Source of the DNA: a virus
Lineage: Duplodnaviria > Caudoviricetes
Length of the DNA stretch: 64,000 nucleotides
IMG/VR virus record: IMGVR_UViG_3300012984_000010
Reading direction: 5' to 3' (one strand)
Both the position numbers and the translations under genes were made by a program. Of this stretch, positions 35,787 through 45,575 are shown piece by piece. Position 1 is the stretch's first letter, and every line of letters starts with the position of its first letter. Under the pieces are notes generated by a model. The model did no database searches. It saw only the letters and a list, made by a program, of their open reading frames with translations, and was not told the DNA's origin.

Positions 35787-36227
35787 ATGGGAAACAGATT
35801 GTTTGTTGGTAATCTCTCGTACAATACGAGCGAAGATGAGTTGAAGACAGTGTTCGCACAAGCAGGGTCAGTCACCAGTGTGCGGATCATCCTGGATCGA
35901 GAAACAGGACGAAGCAGGGGATTTGCCTTCGTCGAACTGAAATCCGATTCGGAAGCAGCCGAGGCGATCGAAACGCTGGACGGCTTGTTGGTAGGAGGCC
36001 GAGCCTTGTCGGTCCGCGAAGCTGAGGACCGCCCACCCCGTCAAAACGGTGGTGGTACTGGAGGCGCCTACGTCAGTAGGCCAGGACCTTCTATCCCCCA
36101 TCGACCGCAAAGTCGACCCGCCTATGCCGACTCCCCTCCCCCTGAACTGCCACCCACTGGCAGGAAACAGGGTGGGAAGCAGAAGCGAGATCGAGACCGT
36201 CGCAATCGAGACCAAGATTGGGACTGA
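35787..36227 (+). CDS. RRM RNA-binding protein
   Basis: RNP2 LFVGNL, RNP1 RGFAFVE, Gly/Arg-rich tail. Confidence 0.95.
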   Translation: MGNRLFVGNLSYNTSEDELKTVFAQAGSVTSVRIILDRETGRSRGFAFVELKSDSEAAEAIETLDGLLVGGRALSVREAEDRPPRQNGGGTGGAYVSRPGPSIPHRPQSRPAYADSPPPELPPTGRKQGGKQKRDRDRRNRDQDWD

Positions 36228-36276
36228 ACAAAAAGGCCGGACAATCCGGCCTTTTTCTTTTGGTGTATTGACCTGC

Positions 36277-36540
36277 ATGGCGATCAAAGATTTACTCAAC
36301 GAGATTGGCGAAGCGGTAGAAGGCCTGGTAGACGGTATCTTTGATATTGAGGATGACGAGCCCGATCGTCTTGAGGTCTACAAGGAACTGGGGTTGTTGA
36401 CCACCGACAAACCCAAAGATGCGGAACGCCGAGCTTTAGGGATCTACCTCAGCATTGTGCGCCACATCAAAGCGGGCGGATCAGTCAAGTTCCTCAGCCC
36501 CGATGGTAAGATTCGAACCCTCAAGGTACCGTTAAGGTGA
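36277..36540 (+). CDS. Hypothetical protein
   Basis: After GGTGTA motif. Confidence 0.6.
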   Translation: MAIKDLLNEIGEAVEGLVDGIFDIEDDEPDRLEVYKELGLLTTDKPKDAERRALGIYLSIVRHIKAGGSVKFLSPDGKIRTLKVPLR

Positions 36541-36962
36541 TCTACTGGGAAGAGAACTCCGTTGAAGGTAATTGGTTCGACACCCTTTACCGACGGAACG
36601 GCAGCTACGTGTTCGACTTCAGCCGCTGGATTTGGGTTCATCAGCTTGGAACCGTCAAACAAGGGGCCTCAACCTCCTACTACGAACACCCAGAGTTTTG
36701 GGCCGGTGTGGTTGATGTTTTGTCTGACGCCAAGCGAGCGCATGGGCAGAGACTACCAGATCACACGATCGTTCGTTGGAGCTGTTTCTCTGACCCAACT
36801 TCGGAGCAGATTGAGAAGTGTGTTCGTCCAAACAGCACGTTCAACTCTAGATTTGTGCAGATTGCCGTCGCTAGAGTCAATCTTCGACAGGGGGAACCGA
36901 AGCTTTTGAGGAAAGAGTGGGTGGGTCAACCTGATTGGTTCGACAAGCCTGCTCAGTCCTGA
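36537..36962 (+). CDS. Hypothetical protein
   Basis: GTGA-coupled. Confidence 0.55.
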   Translation: MIYWEENSVEGNWFDTLYRRNGSYVFDFSRWIWVHQLGTVKQGASTSYYEHPEFWAGVVDVLSDAKRAHGQRLPDHTIVRWSCFSDPTSEQIEKCVRPNSTFNSRFVQIAVARVNLRQGEPKLLRKEWVGQPDWFDKPAQS

Positions 36963-37266
36963 GACGATCGATTTGTCTCTGTAGGTGAGATACGTACCGG
37001 TCAGTGGCTTCATCGATCGCCTCCTGGGAGGTCATGATGGACCCGTACTCGCTACGGGCTACAATCTGATGTTCCGCGTGGAGCCTGAACCAATTGGGGT
37101 CTAGGTACCGTTCCTCGATCTTCACTGAAAGAGGACTATCGGCCAGGGCCCCGATCTGTTTGGCGTAGGGGATAAGCTCCGCCAACATCGCCCCCATGCG
37201 ATTAGCATTCAGAATGTCGTGTTGATCCGCACAATCGATGCAGTATAGGTGCCAGTATTCACTCAT
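36877..37266 (-). CDS. Hypothetical protein
   Basis: MSEYWHLYCIDC... Confidence 0.5.
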   Translation of the reverse strand: MSEYWHLYCIDCADQHDILNANRMGAMLAELIPYAKQIGALADSPLSVKIEERYLDPNWFRLHAEHQIVARSEYGSIMTSQEAIDEATDRYVSHLQRQIDRLRTEQACRTNQVDPPTLSSKASVPPVED

Positions 37267-37485
37267 TTGGTCAAATGGTACCACATTTGAGCCACCTTGA
37301 CACACTGAAAATTGCGTGATAAAGGAACGGTCGGCCCTTCCTTTGGGCCAGCACCGTCAACCGGTCTTCCCATACAGGACCTTGTTTGATGGCAAAGTGG
37401 GTACGCGCCTGCATGGGATTTTGACTTGGTGCTTCGGATCGGATTGAGAGTATGGGTCTCAGCATCCGATCTTGTCGAGGTCCCA

Positions 37486-38676
37486 ATGTCCAGAAAATTC
37501 AAGAAGCTAGCCCAAGAACTGTCCCAAAAGACTGGCACCTCCTATGCGGGGGCGGTCAATCTGTTGAGGAAAGGTAATCGACGTCCGCCTCAAGCTCCGC
37601 TTACGATCCTCCAGTACTGCGATGAATTAGGGATCGCGCTATATCCAGTCCAACGTTTCATCCTCAAGATGCTTTATCATCTGAAGCTGGACTCCAAAAT
37701 ACCTCGTCACCCCCATAAGCGCATAGTGGTGAGAGACCCTCTAGATCCGTCCAAGAAGCCAAAAATACTTTCCGAGGTTGGGTATCTCAAGTTCTTGTAC
37801 GATGCGGGGCGCTGTAATATTGGAGTGCAGGACCACGCTCGACGCCAAATAGTGGGGGTGTTGGGTCGCCGTTCGGGAAAGACCACCTTGTCCGCTCTGT
37901 TCACTTCATATGAAACCTACCGACTGCTTCAGTTGGGAAACCCTCAAGCACACTACGGTTTGCCTGAAGGTAATCGCATACAGGTATTGGCAGTATCGCA
38001 CGACAAAGATCAAGCTGGATTCTTGTTCAATGAAGTGACCAGCCACATCACCAGGTTAGATTCTTTCAAGGACAGTGTGGCAAGCAATACTCAGACTAGC
38101 CTCAAGTTTCGAACTTCACATGACTTGGAACAGAAAGAGGTGAGGCCCAGCATTCAAGCCAATTTCAAGAGCTGTTTAGCCAGTAGTCTCAGAGGGTATT
38201 CCAATGCGGCGATTGTACTGGATGAGGTAGCGTTTTTCCACACGGGAGAGGATACCTATATGGCTTCAGCGCCTAGCACGGCCTGGTATAGTCAAAAAGG
38301 GGCCGGCAGAATGCTCCTCATCTCTACTCCTGATGGCAAAGAAGGGACGCTGTTCCGGCTACATAGATTGGCCTTGAACGGCCCAATAGAGCAAACAGAC
38401 GACCTGTTGATGCTCCAAATCCCCACGTGGGAAGCCAATCCCAAGTTACCTGATTCGATTTACATGGCCGCTAAAGAACAGGGAACGTTCGCAGAATGGT
38501 CCGCGAAGTTCGTCGCTAAGAAGCCGCCTCCCCCTATTGTGACTCCAATCGTTCAAGATACTGTACAGTCGGATATCAAGCTGCAATTCATGGCTGAGAT
38601 GCTTCAACAGTTGTCGGCTGAGCAGTTGAGTCAGTTGATTCAACTGGCGAATCAACGGCTAAATCAGGTTGTTTGA
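37486..38676 (+). CDS. Terminase large subunit-like ATPase (no evident nuclease domain)
   Basis: Walker A LGRRSGKT, Walker B IVLDEVAF, coupling motif LISTP, PTWEANP. Confidence 0.8.
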   Translation: MSRKFKKLAQELSQKTGTSYAGAVNLLRKGNRRPPQAPLTILQYCDELGIALYPVQRFILKMLYHLKLDSKIPRHPHKRIVVRDPLDPSKKPKILSEVGYLKFLYDAGRCNIGVQDHARRQIVGVLGRRSGKTTLSALFTSYETYRLLQLGNPQAHYGLPEGNRIQVLAVSHDKDQAGFLFNEVTSHITRLDSFKDSVASNTQTSLKFRTSHDLEQKEVRPSIQANFKSCLASSLRGYSNAAIVLDEVAFFHTGEDTYMASAPSTAWYSQKGAGRMLLISTPDGKEGTLFRLHRLALNGPIEQTDDLLMLQIPTWEANPKLPDSIYMAAKEQGTFAEWSAKFVAKKPPPPIVTPIVQDTVQSDIKLQFMAEMLQQLSAEQLSQLIQLANQRLNQVV

Positions 38677-39107
38677 GCCTCAGGGATATTGTTCAGGTCC
38701 ACTTCCGACCAATATCCTGACGGTCCGGCCCACCGCACTAGCGGATTTCGCATAGGGATGACCTCTTGGCGGAAGGAATTGCCGTATTCGTACATGTCTG
38801 AACCATTCAGAATGTGATCGACCTTAACCTTATAGGTCCGACCTGCCGGCTTCGGCTCTCGTCCAACCGTCTTGACGATCGTGCCTTTGACGATCGTCAC
38901 CATCATGCCTGGCTTGATAGGCAGACTGTCATCCGACATGTAGCCGCAGTACTTGGGCAACACCTTGCCGGATTCACGATCTCGACAGCCCAACAGGTAC
39001 CCTTTTTCGTAATAACTACCTGGGTACGCTAGTTTTTCATTGGGATCTTGACCCTGCATACCAGCCAGGTAGCCGTTCGTCAGCGAATCCATTTTGAGCA
39101 TGTCCAT
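38664..39107 (-). CDS. Hypothetical protein
   Basis: After class I motif 39114-39141. Confidence 0.7.
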   Translation of the reverse strand: MDMLKMDSLTNGYLAGMQGQDPNEKLAYPGSYYEKGYLLGCRDRESGKVLPKYCGYMSDDSLPIKPGMMVTIVKGTIVKTVGREPKPAGRTYKVKVDHILNGSDMYEYGNSFRQEVIPMRNPLVRWAGPSGYWSEVDLNNIPEAQTT

Positions 39108-39336
39108 GGCTGATAGAACGGAAGCGGACTTGGAAAGTTAACCTAGTGGCTGGCACAAAAAGCGAAGAACAAACACACCACCGCGATACAGAGTACACAG
39201 CCTAGGTTCTCACCAATTTCCAACGTCACTTCTTTGCGTGGCATCCGCCCCCTATACACCGTAAACCCTTATGGTGCGTGGAGGCCGGCCGTACTGGCCT
39301 AGGCCAATCTCTGGTGTAAGCAAACCTCAAGGAACC

Positions 39337-40239
39337 ATGACCAATACACATACATTCAAACTCAAGCTACTGATACTGACACTCATCCTTACAGCTCTGG
39401 GCTGTGACCGTCGTACGTCGACCAACGTCACCATCACCAATACCGCCCCAGCATCCGTCTCTCCACAGGATTTCGCGTTGGAAACGGTGGTCGGCCTGTT
39501 GAAGGCTGGAGTGGCGGACGCCGCCACTCTTGAAGCCAAGATCAATGATCCCGCCAGCGGTATCAACAATGTTGACATCGACAAAGACGGGAAGGTCGAT
39601 TACATCCAGGTTGTAGAACAACCGATTCCATCTGGGAAGAAGCTAGAACTGATCGCCCAACCGTCCAGCGGCACCATGCCGGAGATGACGATCGCTGCTA
39701 TCAAGTTCGATACCACAGGGCCTGAGTTGGTGGCCGAGGCCGGATTTGCTCCGCTGATCGATCCAGGTGGGGCACACTACTACCGTTCAAGTCTAGCCTC
39801 AGACCTGTTGTTCACCCAATGGCTACTGATGGCCTCTCGCCCCGTCTACGTCGTTCACCCTCGTCCGCTAGGGTATACGTACTACACTCGACGTTCAGCA
39901 CCAGCTTTCACCCAGACCCGAACGACGTTCAGCCAACAGACCCGTATTGCCCCCATCCAGGCTCAACCTCGTCCCGCCACCTTCAATGCAGGGCGACTCA
40001 CACAACCTCCCCGATCGACGCCTCGCCCCGTAGCTACCACTTTGACAGGCGCCTCCCAAGGCGTGTCCAACTTCGCGGTAGACAACCGTCAAAAGGCGGC
40101 CGGCACAGCATTCGGAGCCGCCCCCTCCAAACCTTCCACCACATTCAGCGCTCCTGCCTCCAAACCAGCTGCTGCACCTTCTCGTCCTGCAGCATCCCCA
40201 TCACGTCCCGCCTCTCCGTCTCGCGGGAGGTCTCGTTAA
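39337..40239 (+). CDS. Putative lipoprotein with Pro/Ser/Ala-rich tail
   Basis: Signal ending ALGC; low-complexity C-terminus. Confidence 0.65.
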   Translation: MTNTHTFKLKLLILTLILTALGCDRRTSTNVTITNTAPASVSPQDFALETVVGLLKAGVADAATLEAKINDPASGINNVDIDKDGKVDYIQVVEQPIPSGKKLELIAQPSSGTMPEMTIAAIKFDTTGPELVAEAGFAPLIDPGGAHYYRSSLASDLLFTQWLLMASRPVYVVHPRPLGYTYYTRRSAPAFTQTRTTFSQQTRIAPIQAQPRPATFNAGRLTQPPRSTPRPVATTLTGASQGVSNFAVDNRQKAAGTAFGAAPSKPSTTFSAPASKPAAAPSRPAASPSRPASPSRGRSR

Positions 40240-40240
40240 C

Positions 40241-41257
40241 ATGACCTGGCAAGACGATGTGTTGACACTCTCGGCCATCTACTTGATGGTAGAGCGTGGT
40301 CGCAAGTTTCCTCTCTACCCCACCACAGAGGATGATCGCAACGCAGCGTACGTCTTCAAATTGATGGACCAGAAGGGTATGGTTCGTCCAGTGGGGACCG
40401 AATGGCAGGTCACTGAACTGGGTCGAGAGGCGTTGGTTCGAGCCATCAAAGCTCAAGACATCTTGCGTCAACTGGAGATCTTCAGTGCTGTTGATGTTAC
40501 CCGAAACCTCACGGCGGACGAAGCCAGACCAGAAGATTCTACTCAGGTTCTGGAGTATGTGTGGGATCCACGGTTCAGCGATGCTCTCCCAGAGGCGCAC
40601 GATATGCGGCTGGCCGTCATCACTTGGTTGGGGCAAGTGATCAACAAGAAAGAAGTCTCACCCCACACGATCATCTTCCTACAGAAGCTGGGAAGCGGTC
40701 AGTTTTCAGTAGCCGACTTCTGGAGCAACATCTATGGGGGGTTCGCTGAGGTGGAGGCGATCGTCATCTCCAACTATCGTTGGACCGATATGGCACCAGA
40801 AGATCTGGAGCTCGCCAAGCAGCGGATGCAAGCTCTGTATACGGCCGGCACCATTGAGCAGCAGAAGCGTGAGGGCAGCTCTTGTATAGGATGTCTGATT
40901 CCACTCGTTCTCTACGAACAAGCCGCCGCCCGAGAAGGACAGCAACTCACCAATTGTCCGTCCTGTCAACGGCAGCTCTCTGCTCCCGCCTCGATCGGCA
41001 CCCCAGGGACGGCGACCTGTCCAAAGTGCAGCTCCGTTATCTATGATGGTGAGACCACCTGTGGCGGCTGCGGCGCTCTGATCGACTTCTCATTGCCGGC
41101 AGGTTCAATCCAAACCGACACCATCGAGACCACCACCTATGAGACTGTCTGGAGTAGCAGCTACGGCTATACCTCATACGGCTGGCTGAATCCGTGGGAT
41201 CCCTACGCAGACGCTTTGGCGTTTGGCTTCCTATTCTACGACCCCTGGTACTACTGA
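40241..41257 (+). CDS. Hypothetical protein with zinc ribbons
   Basis: Four CxxC pairs near the C-terminus. Confidence 0.7.
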   Translation: MTWQDDVLTLSAIYLMVERGRKFPLYPTTEDDRNAAYVFKLMDQKGMVRPVGTEWQVTELGREALVRAIKAQDILRQLEIFSAVDVTRNLTADEARPEDSTQVLEYVWDPRFSDALPEAHDMRLAVITWLGQVINKKEVSPHTIIFLQKLGSGQFSVADFWSNIYGGFAEVEAIVISNYRWTDMAPEDLELAKQRMQALYTAGTIEQQKREGSSCIGCLIPLVLYEQAAAREGQQLTNCPSCQRQLSAPASIGTPGTATCPKCSSVIYDGETTCGGCGALIDFSLPAGSIQTDTIETTTYETVWSSSYGYTSYGWLNPWDPYADALAFGFLFYDPWYY

Positions 41258-41293
41258 AGGAGCCTACATGGCGGTGTATAACTGTACGCCGCC

Positions 41294-42139
41294 ATGTCTC
41301 GCATCATTTGGTCGACCGACACTCATCTCAATTTCCTGAAGTTCCCGAACGGAGCTATGGCTTTCGGTGAGTATTTGCGCAAAGAGCAGCCAGCCGACGC
41401 GCTGGTGATCACAGGGGATATCTCGGAAGGGTTAGAGGTAGAACACCATATCAAAGAAGTCCAAAAAGGCTTCGAGAAACCAGTCTACTTCGTACTAGGC
41501 AACCACGACTATTACCGTAGCTCGTTTGCAGAGATTGATCGGAAGATGGCTTCTGTGCCTGGTTGGTTGACCAAGGCTGGAGTGGTCGAAATAGCCGAAG
41601 GTGTGGCGTTGGTGGGGAATGAGGGTTGGTACGATGGGGAGTTTGGGTACCCCTACGCCAGATTTGGGATGGCAGATTGGTCCCTAATCAGTGAGCTGAA
41701 GTCCTACATATCGAGGGACGATTTGCTGGCAAAGATTAGGGCTCGTGCGACTGCGGCTGTGTCGGCTGCTTGCGATGTTTTGGAAGAAGCCGTCTCCAAG
41801 TATCAGCTGGTACTTTTTGCCACACATGTCCCTCCTTTCCGAGAGAGTGCTTGGCACGAAGGTCAAATCAGCAACGACACCTACCTACCTTGGTTCAGCA
41901 GCAAGAGGATGGGGGACATGTTGATGCAGGTGGCGGAGGCTAACCCCACCAAACGTATCCTGGTCCTGTGTGGCCATAGTCACAGCTTCGGAACCTATGA
42001 TGCAGCCCCTAATCTGAAGGTTTTGACCGGTAAGGCGATCTATGGGGCTCCCGACTTGGCGGGTATCCTGGAAATACAGGGTGGAAAGATCAACGTCTCG
42101 ATGCGGGACAATAGCTGGCTGGATATAGGTGTGTTCTGA
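41294..42139 (+). CDS. Metallophosphoesterase (Icc/CpdA-like)
   Basis: TDTHL, TGDIS, GNHD, THVPP, GHSH. Confidence 0.9.
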   Translation: MSRIIWSTDTHLNFLKFPNGAMAFGEYLRKEQPADALVITGDISEGLEVEHHIKEVQKGFEKPVYFVLGNHDYYRSSFAEIDRKMASVPGWLTKAGVVEIAEGVALVGNEGWYDGEFGYPYARFGMADWSLISELKSYISRDDLLAKIRARATAAVSAACDVLEEAVSKYQLVLFATHVPPFRESAWHEGQISNDTYLPWFSSKRMGDMLMQVAEANPTKRILVLCGHSHSFGTYDAAPNLKVLTGKAIYGAPDLAGILEIQGGKINVSMRDNSWLDIGVF

Positions 42140-42518
42140 AACCGTTAGGCGAACCGGTAGTTATTCCGTATCGCCGTTGGAAGCACAAGACACACGGGTA
42201 TACGGCAGAAGTGTTGGGAGTGCACCATCACTTGGGTCAGCATGGGTATTACACGACCGTGACTGTCAAGGGCACACTGCAATCCAAGGTCAAGCAAGCC
42301 ATATGGTCGGCTAGCAGATTCCTCCAGGAATTCAAACCCAGAGGAAAGAAGATCAAACCTGTCTCTCAATGGGGTCATTTGCTGGATGGGTCTTTAGATC
42401 TGATCTAAGCTGGCCGTCAATCTAGCGATGACCTTTGGAGTATTGGTGATACTGTTCGGAATTTGGCTCCTACGGGCAACCCTAAGAATCAGGGTGCCGA
42501 AGAAGCCGACCCTAGGTA

Positions 42519-42926
42519 GTGGAAAATCGGCGGAAATTTCACAACACTGATTACGCCTGGCGTCATAATTTGGTTCGATATAGTTTTAGGGTGCCGACCA
42601 TTTGTAGGATGCACTCACTCTCGGACTACACTGACGGTAAAGAACCGCTACCTTTCATGGTGGAGCTCTCCAAGAGCATCATCTTGGCGGAGCTCCAGAG
42701 TCAGGTTGAGGCCAAGATAGACCCCGCATCTCTTGCGTACGATACTGACTCATTTGTCTGGGAAGCTGGGCAGATCGTGATGATGCTTACCTTTCGAGAT
42801 TCCTCGGGTTTTGCACAGGGTAGGGTCTACATTCAACCTAGCGTGAGTGAGGCTCTCGATGTATGCTTCCTCGTAGATGCCGAGTTCATAGGGTACCTGC
42901 CAACACGCAATGAGGGTCTGAACTGA
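42519..42926 (+). CDS. Hypothetical protein
   Basis: 135-aa ORF. Confidence 0.5.
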   Translation: MENRRKFHNTDYAWRHNLVRYSFRVPTICRMHSLSDYTDGKEPLPFMVELSKSIILAELQSQVEAKIDPASLAYDTDSFVWEAGQIVMMLTFRDSSGFAQGRVYIQPSVSEALDVCFLVDAEFIGYLPTRNEGLN

Positions 42927-42935
42927 TCGACCAAA

Positions 42936-43382
42936 ATGTCTCCGCTACTACCAATCGAACGCACCTCTGACACCCCGATACGTCCCAAAGACATTGACGG
43001 AGATAGTGCCTTCATTGGTGCCTTCAGGCAAAAAGAGCAAGAGCAGGCCGCCATCTGGATAGTACGCTTCTGTCAGGCCCGCCACAGTTGGAAACCGTTC
43101 AAGGTATGCGACCTTGCCAGTTACTCGATGCTGAATGGTGGGGTTGAGGTCTCTGATATAGAAAAAGTTCTGGCCTTCCTTTCCCTGTTCGAGGGTATCA
43201 TCGAACAGTTGTCTGATTGTGGGGTTTTGATTGTGGAGGAAACGGTCACCCTCACTACCGCCTTCGTGGCAAGATGTTATCTGCACGCGCCTGTATTGGG
43301 GTTACCGGTCAAGAAAAGAGTCAGGAAGCCTAAAATAGACACTAGGGTCAGCCGTTATGACCTATTGAAAACATGCTCCTAA
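42936..43382 (+). CDS. Hypothetical protein
   Basis: C-terminal SRYDLL. Confidence 0.6.
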   Translation: MSPLLPIERTSDTPIRPKDIDGDSAFIGAFRQKEQEQAAIWIVRFCQARHSWKPFKVCDLASYSMLNGGVEVSDIEKVLAFLSLFEGIIEQLSDCGVLIVEETVTLTTAFVARCYLHAPVLGLPVKKRVRKPKIDTRVSRYDLLKTCS

Positions 43383-43618
43383 CTTTGCTGACCCTGTTCG
43401 CCACCTGGCTCGTCATCCGCTCTAACCAACTTCATGCCCGAATACCTACCTGTAGGTACCCAGATTTGGGTTCGCTGACTCAGGCGATAGAAGGGCTGGT
43501 CGCCGCCTACATGGGTTGTGCCATCTGCTGTGTGTTCATCCGGCCATGGGGCCTAATATCGGCGGGATGGATTTTGACCTTCGCAGCTATTTGTAAGGTC
43601 AGGAGCCTAGCCTCTTAA
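43373..43618 (+). CDS. Small membrane protein
   Basis: Hydrophobic segments. Confidence 0.5.
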   Translation: MLLTLLTLFATWLVIRSNQLHARIPTCRYPDLGSLTQAIEGLVAAYMGCAICCVFIRPWGLISAGWILTFAAICKVRSLAS

Positions 43619-43648
43619 CCTTTTCCAATCCGATCCGTTATAGGGGTT

Positions 43649-44476
43649 ATGACCACCCTGAAGACCCGCTTCATCGGATTCTGCCCCATCTGCGAAGGAG
43701 ACTTCAAACTCCTTAACCAAAGGCTGGTCCACCACGGCTACCGCCGCCCAGGCTGGGGGTATATCGTCGGGGATTGTCCGTCGGTTCACGAGCTGCCCTA
43801 TGAGCTTTCGAATGAGGTCTGCAAGAAGTACCAGGAGGATTGTCGGAACGCTTTGCAGAACACCAGGACTTACCTAGTCCGCCTCCAAGCAGGTGAGGTC
43901 AAAACCCTTCAGGTACCGGACTACAGCAAGGGCTACAATCGTGATCCCGACATGATGGAGATCACGGTAGTCTACCTGGCCTTCCACCAAGCCTGGGAGG
44001 GCGCCATCTACGTGACCACTCATCGGATCCAGAAGCTCGAAAGTGAGATCGAACGCATGCAGAGCTGGATCGACACTTGGACGCTCAAGCCGGTCCGCAC
44101 CTTCGAGGAGGGGGTGGCTGCCAAGCGGGCTGCTGTTAGTGTCCGCAAAGCCGAGGCTGAGGCCAAGCGAGCTGTCAAGCGGGCCAAGGAAGCGGCTCTC
44201 AAAGCCAAATACGCCGCATGGGAGGAAGAGAAAAAGACCCTCATGGCCAAGTACAAGGGAGCCTTCCTCGAATTGTCTGAGAAGCCGACTGCCAACATCG
44301 TCCTCCTTGAGGCCCGACGGCTCTACGCTGAAATGCGGAAAGCCCAGGGCAAGAAGGGGTACCTACACTTCTACTACCGTGAGTTGGAAATTACGGATCA
44401 GGTTTGGGTCGACTTAGGGTTGGCCGCTTGGGATTCTCGGCCGGGCCTAGACCCCTTCTTGCGATTCAAGTACTGA
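43649..44476 (+). CDS. Hypothetical protein with CxxC-HGY-C motif, paralog of 4781-5833
   Basis: GFCPIC...HHGYRRPGWG...GDC; after class I motif. Confidence 0.75.
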   Translation: MTTLKTRFIGFCPICEGDFKLLNQRLVHHGYRRPGWGYIVGDCPSVHELPYELSNEVCKKYQEDCRNALQNTRTYLVRLQAGEVKTLQVPDYSKGYNRDPDMMEITVVYLAFHQAWEGAIYVTTHRIQKLESEIERMQSWIDTWTLKPVRTFEEGVAAKRAAVSVRKAEAEAKRAVKRAKEAALKAKYAAWEEEKKTLMAKYKGAFLELSEKPTANIVLLEARRLYAEMRKAQGKKGYLHFYYRELEITDQVWVDLGLAAWDSRPGLDPFLRFKY

Positions 44477-44481
44477 GGCGA

Positions 44482-44787
44482 ATGGTCAAGCAATACAGTG
44501 TAAACGGACTGAAGGGATGCGTCGAAATTCGGCGCATCCGTGCCACCAAACTAAAGGTTGGACTGTATTACGGCCCTCAGGCTGGTATTGAATCCGAACT
44601 GAATTATCCTTGGGTGACGGTTTGCGAGCAACATGGTAGTCTTCTCTGTCATGCCACGATGGAACGTGCCAAACAGTCTATTCCGTTCCCCGATTGGTGC
44701 GAGGCCTGTCAAAAAATCCTGTACAAGGAACACAAGACTGCTGAGAAGTACGGTTTGGGGTATATGCAAGGGCGAGGTGCCTCATGA
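44482..44787 (+). CDS. Hypothetical protein
   Basis: CEQH...CEAC motif. Confidence 0.55.
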   Translation: MVKQYSVNGLKGCVEIRRIRATKLKVGLYYGPQAGIESELNYPWVTVCEQHGSLLCHATMERAKQSIPFPDWCEACQKILYKEHKTAEKYGLGYMQGRGAS

Positions 44788-45575
44788 TGAAACGAAGCCA
44801 ATGGGATTCAGTTCTGCTTAGCCCCAACGTTCGGGAGCGTCTGGAAGATGTGCGGACTGAGATCGCCTTGGTGTTTCCGGAAGTGGCGGCAATGGTCGGC
44901 TTTGGCGGAGGTCAGTCGGGCCACAAGGACTTGTGGGAGCACACCAAGCAAGTGGTGTCGCAATGCATCCAGAGCAGGACTATCCGATGGGCTGCCTTGT
45001 TTCACGATGTGGGGAAGGTCCGCTGCTACACCAAGGACAAGGACGGAAAGATCGCCTTCATCGGCCATGAGCACGTCAGTGCCAAACTGTTTGCTCAAGC
45101 GGTCAAACGAGTGAACTTCGGGGTCAATGAACCGTTTTTCACGGCCGAGGAGGCCAAGGATATCAAGTTCTTGGTCTACAATCTGGGGTACGTTGAAGAA
45201 TACGACTCTGGATGGACCGATAGCGCGGTCCGCCGAGTGCACCGTCTAGCGGGTGACTACTTCAACGATCTGGTCGCTCTTGCGAGGGCCGATATCAGCT
45301 CCAAGAACGAGGCCAGGCGGAAACAACATTTCGAGAAGATGAAAGAGTTTCACGATCGAGCCCACAAGTTGGCTGAGATCGCCGCTACCCCACAACCCTT
45401 GATCTCTGGATTGGGTGAGGCGTTGTCCCAGAGTTTCGGCATCCCTCCATCCAAACAGTTGGGCGATTTGGTGAAAAAACTCAAAGCAGCCGTCCAGGCT
45501 GGAGACCTGCCCGTGCAAGCTAGTGTAGAGACAGTGATCGAATTCGTGAGAGAAAATAAGGACACTTACCTGTGA
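44784..45575 (+). CDS. HD-domain protein resembling the C-terminal region of tRNA nucleotidyltransferases
   Basis: HKDLWEHT..V, RWAALFHDVGK, F.GHE..SA, AD. Confidence 0.8.
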   Translation: MMKRSQWDSVLLSPNVRERLEDVRTEIALVFPEVAAMVGFGGGQSGHKDLWEHTKQVVSQCIQSRTIRWAALFHDVGKVRCYTKDKDGKIAFIGHEHVSAKLFAQAVKRVNFGVNEPFFTAEEAKDIKFLVYNLGYVEEYDSGWTDSAVRRVHRLAGDYFNDLVALARADISSKNEARRKQHFEKMKEFHDRAHKLAEIAATPQPLISGLGEALSQSFGIPPSKQLGDLVKKLKAAVQAGDLPVQASVETVIEFVRENKDTYL

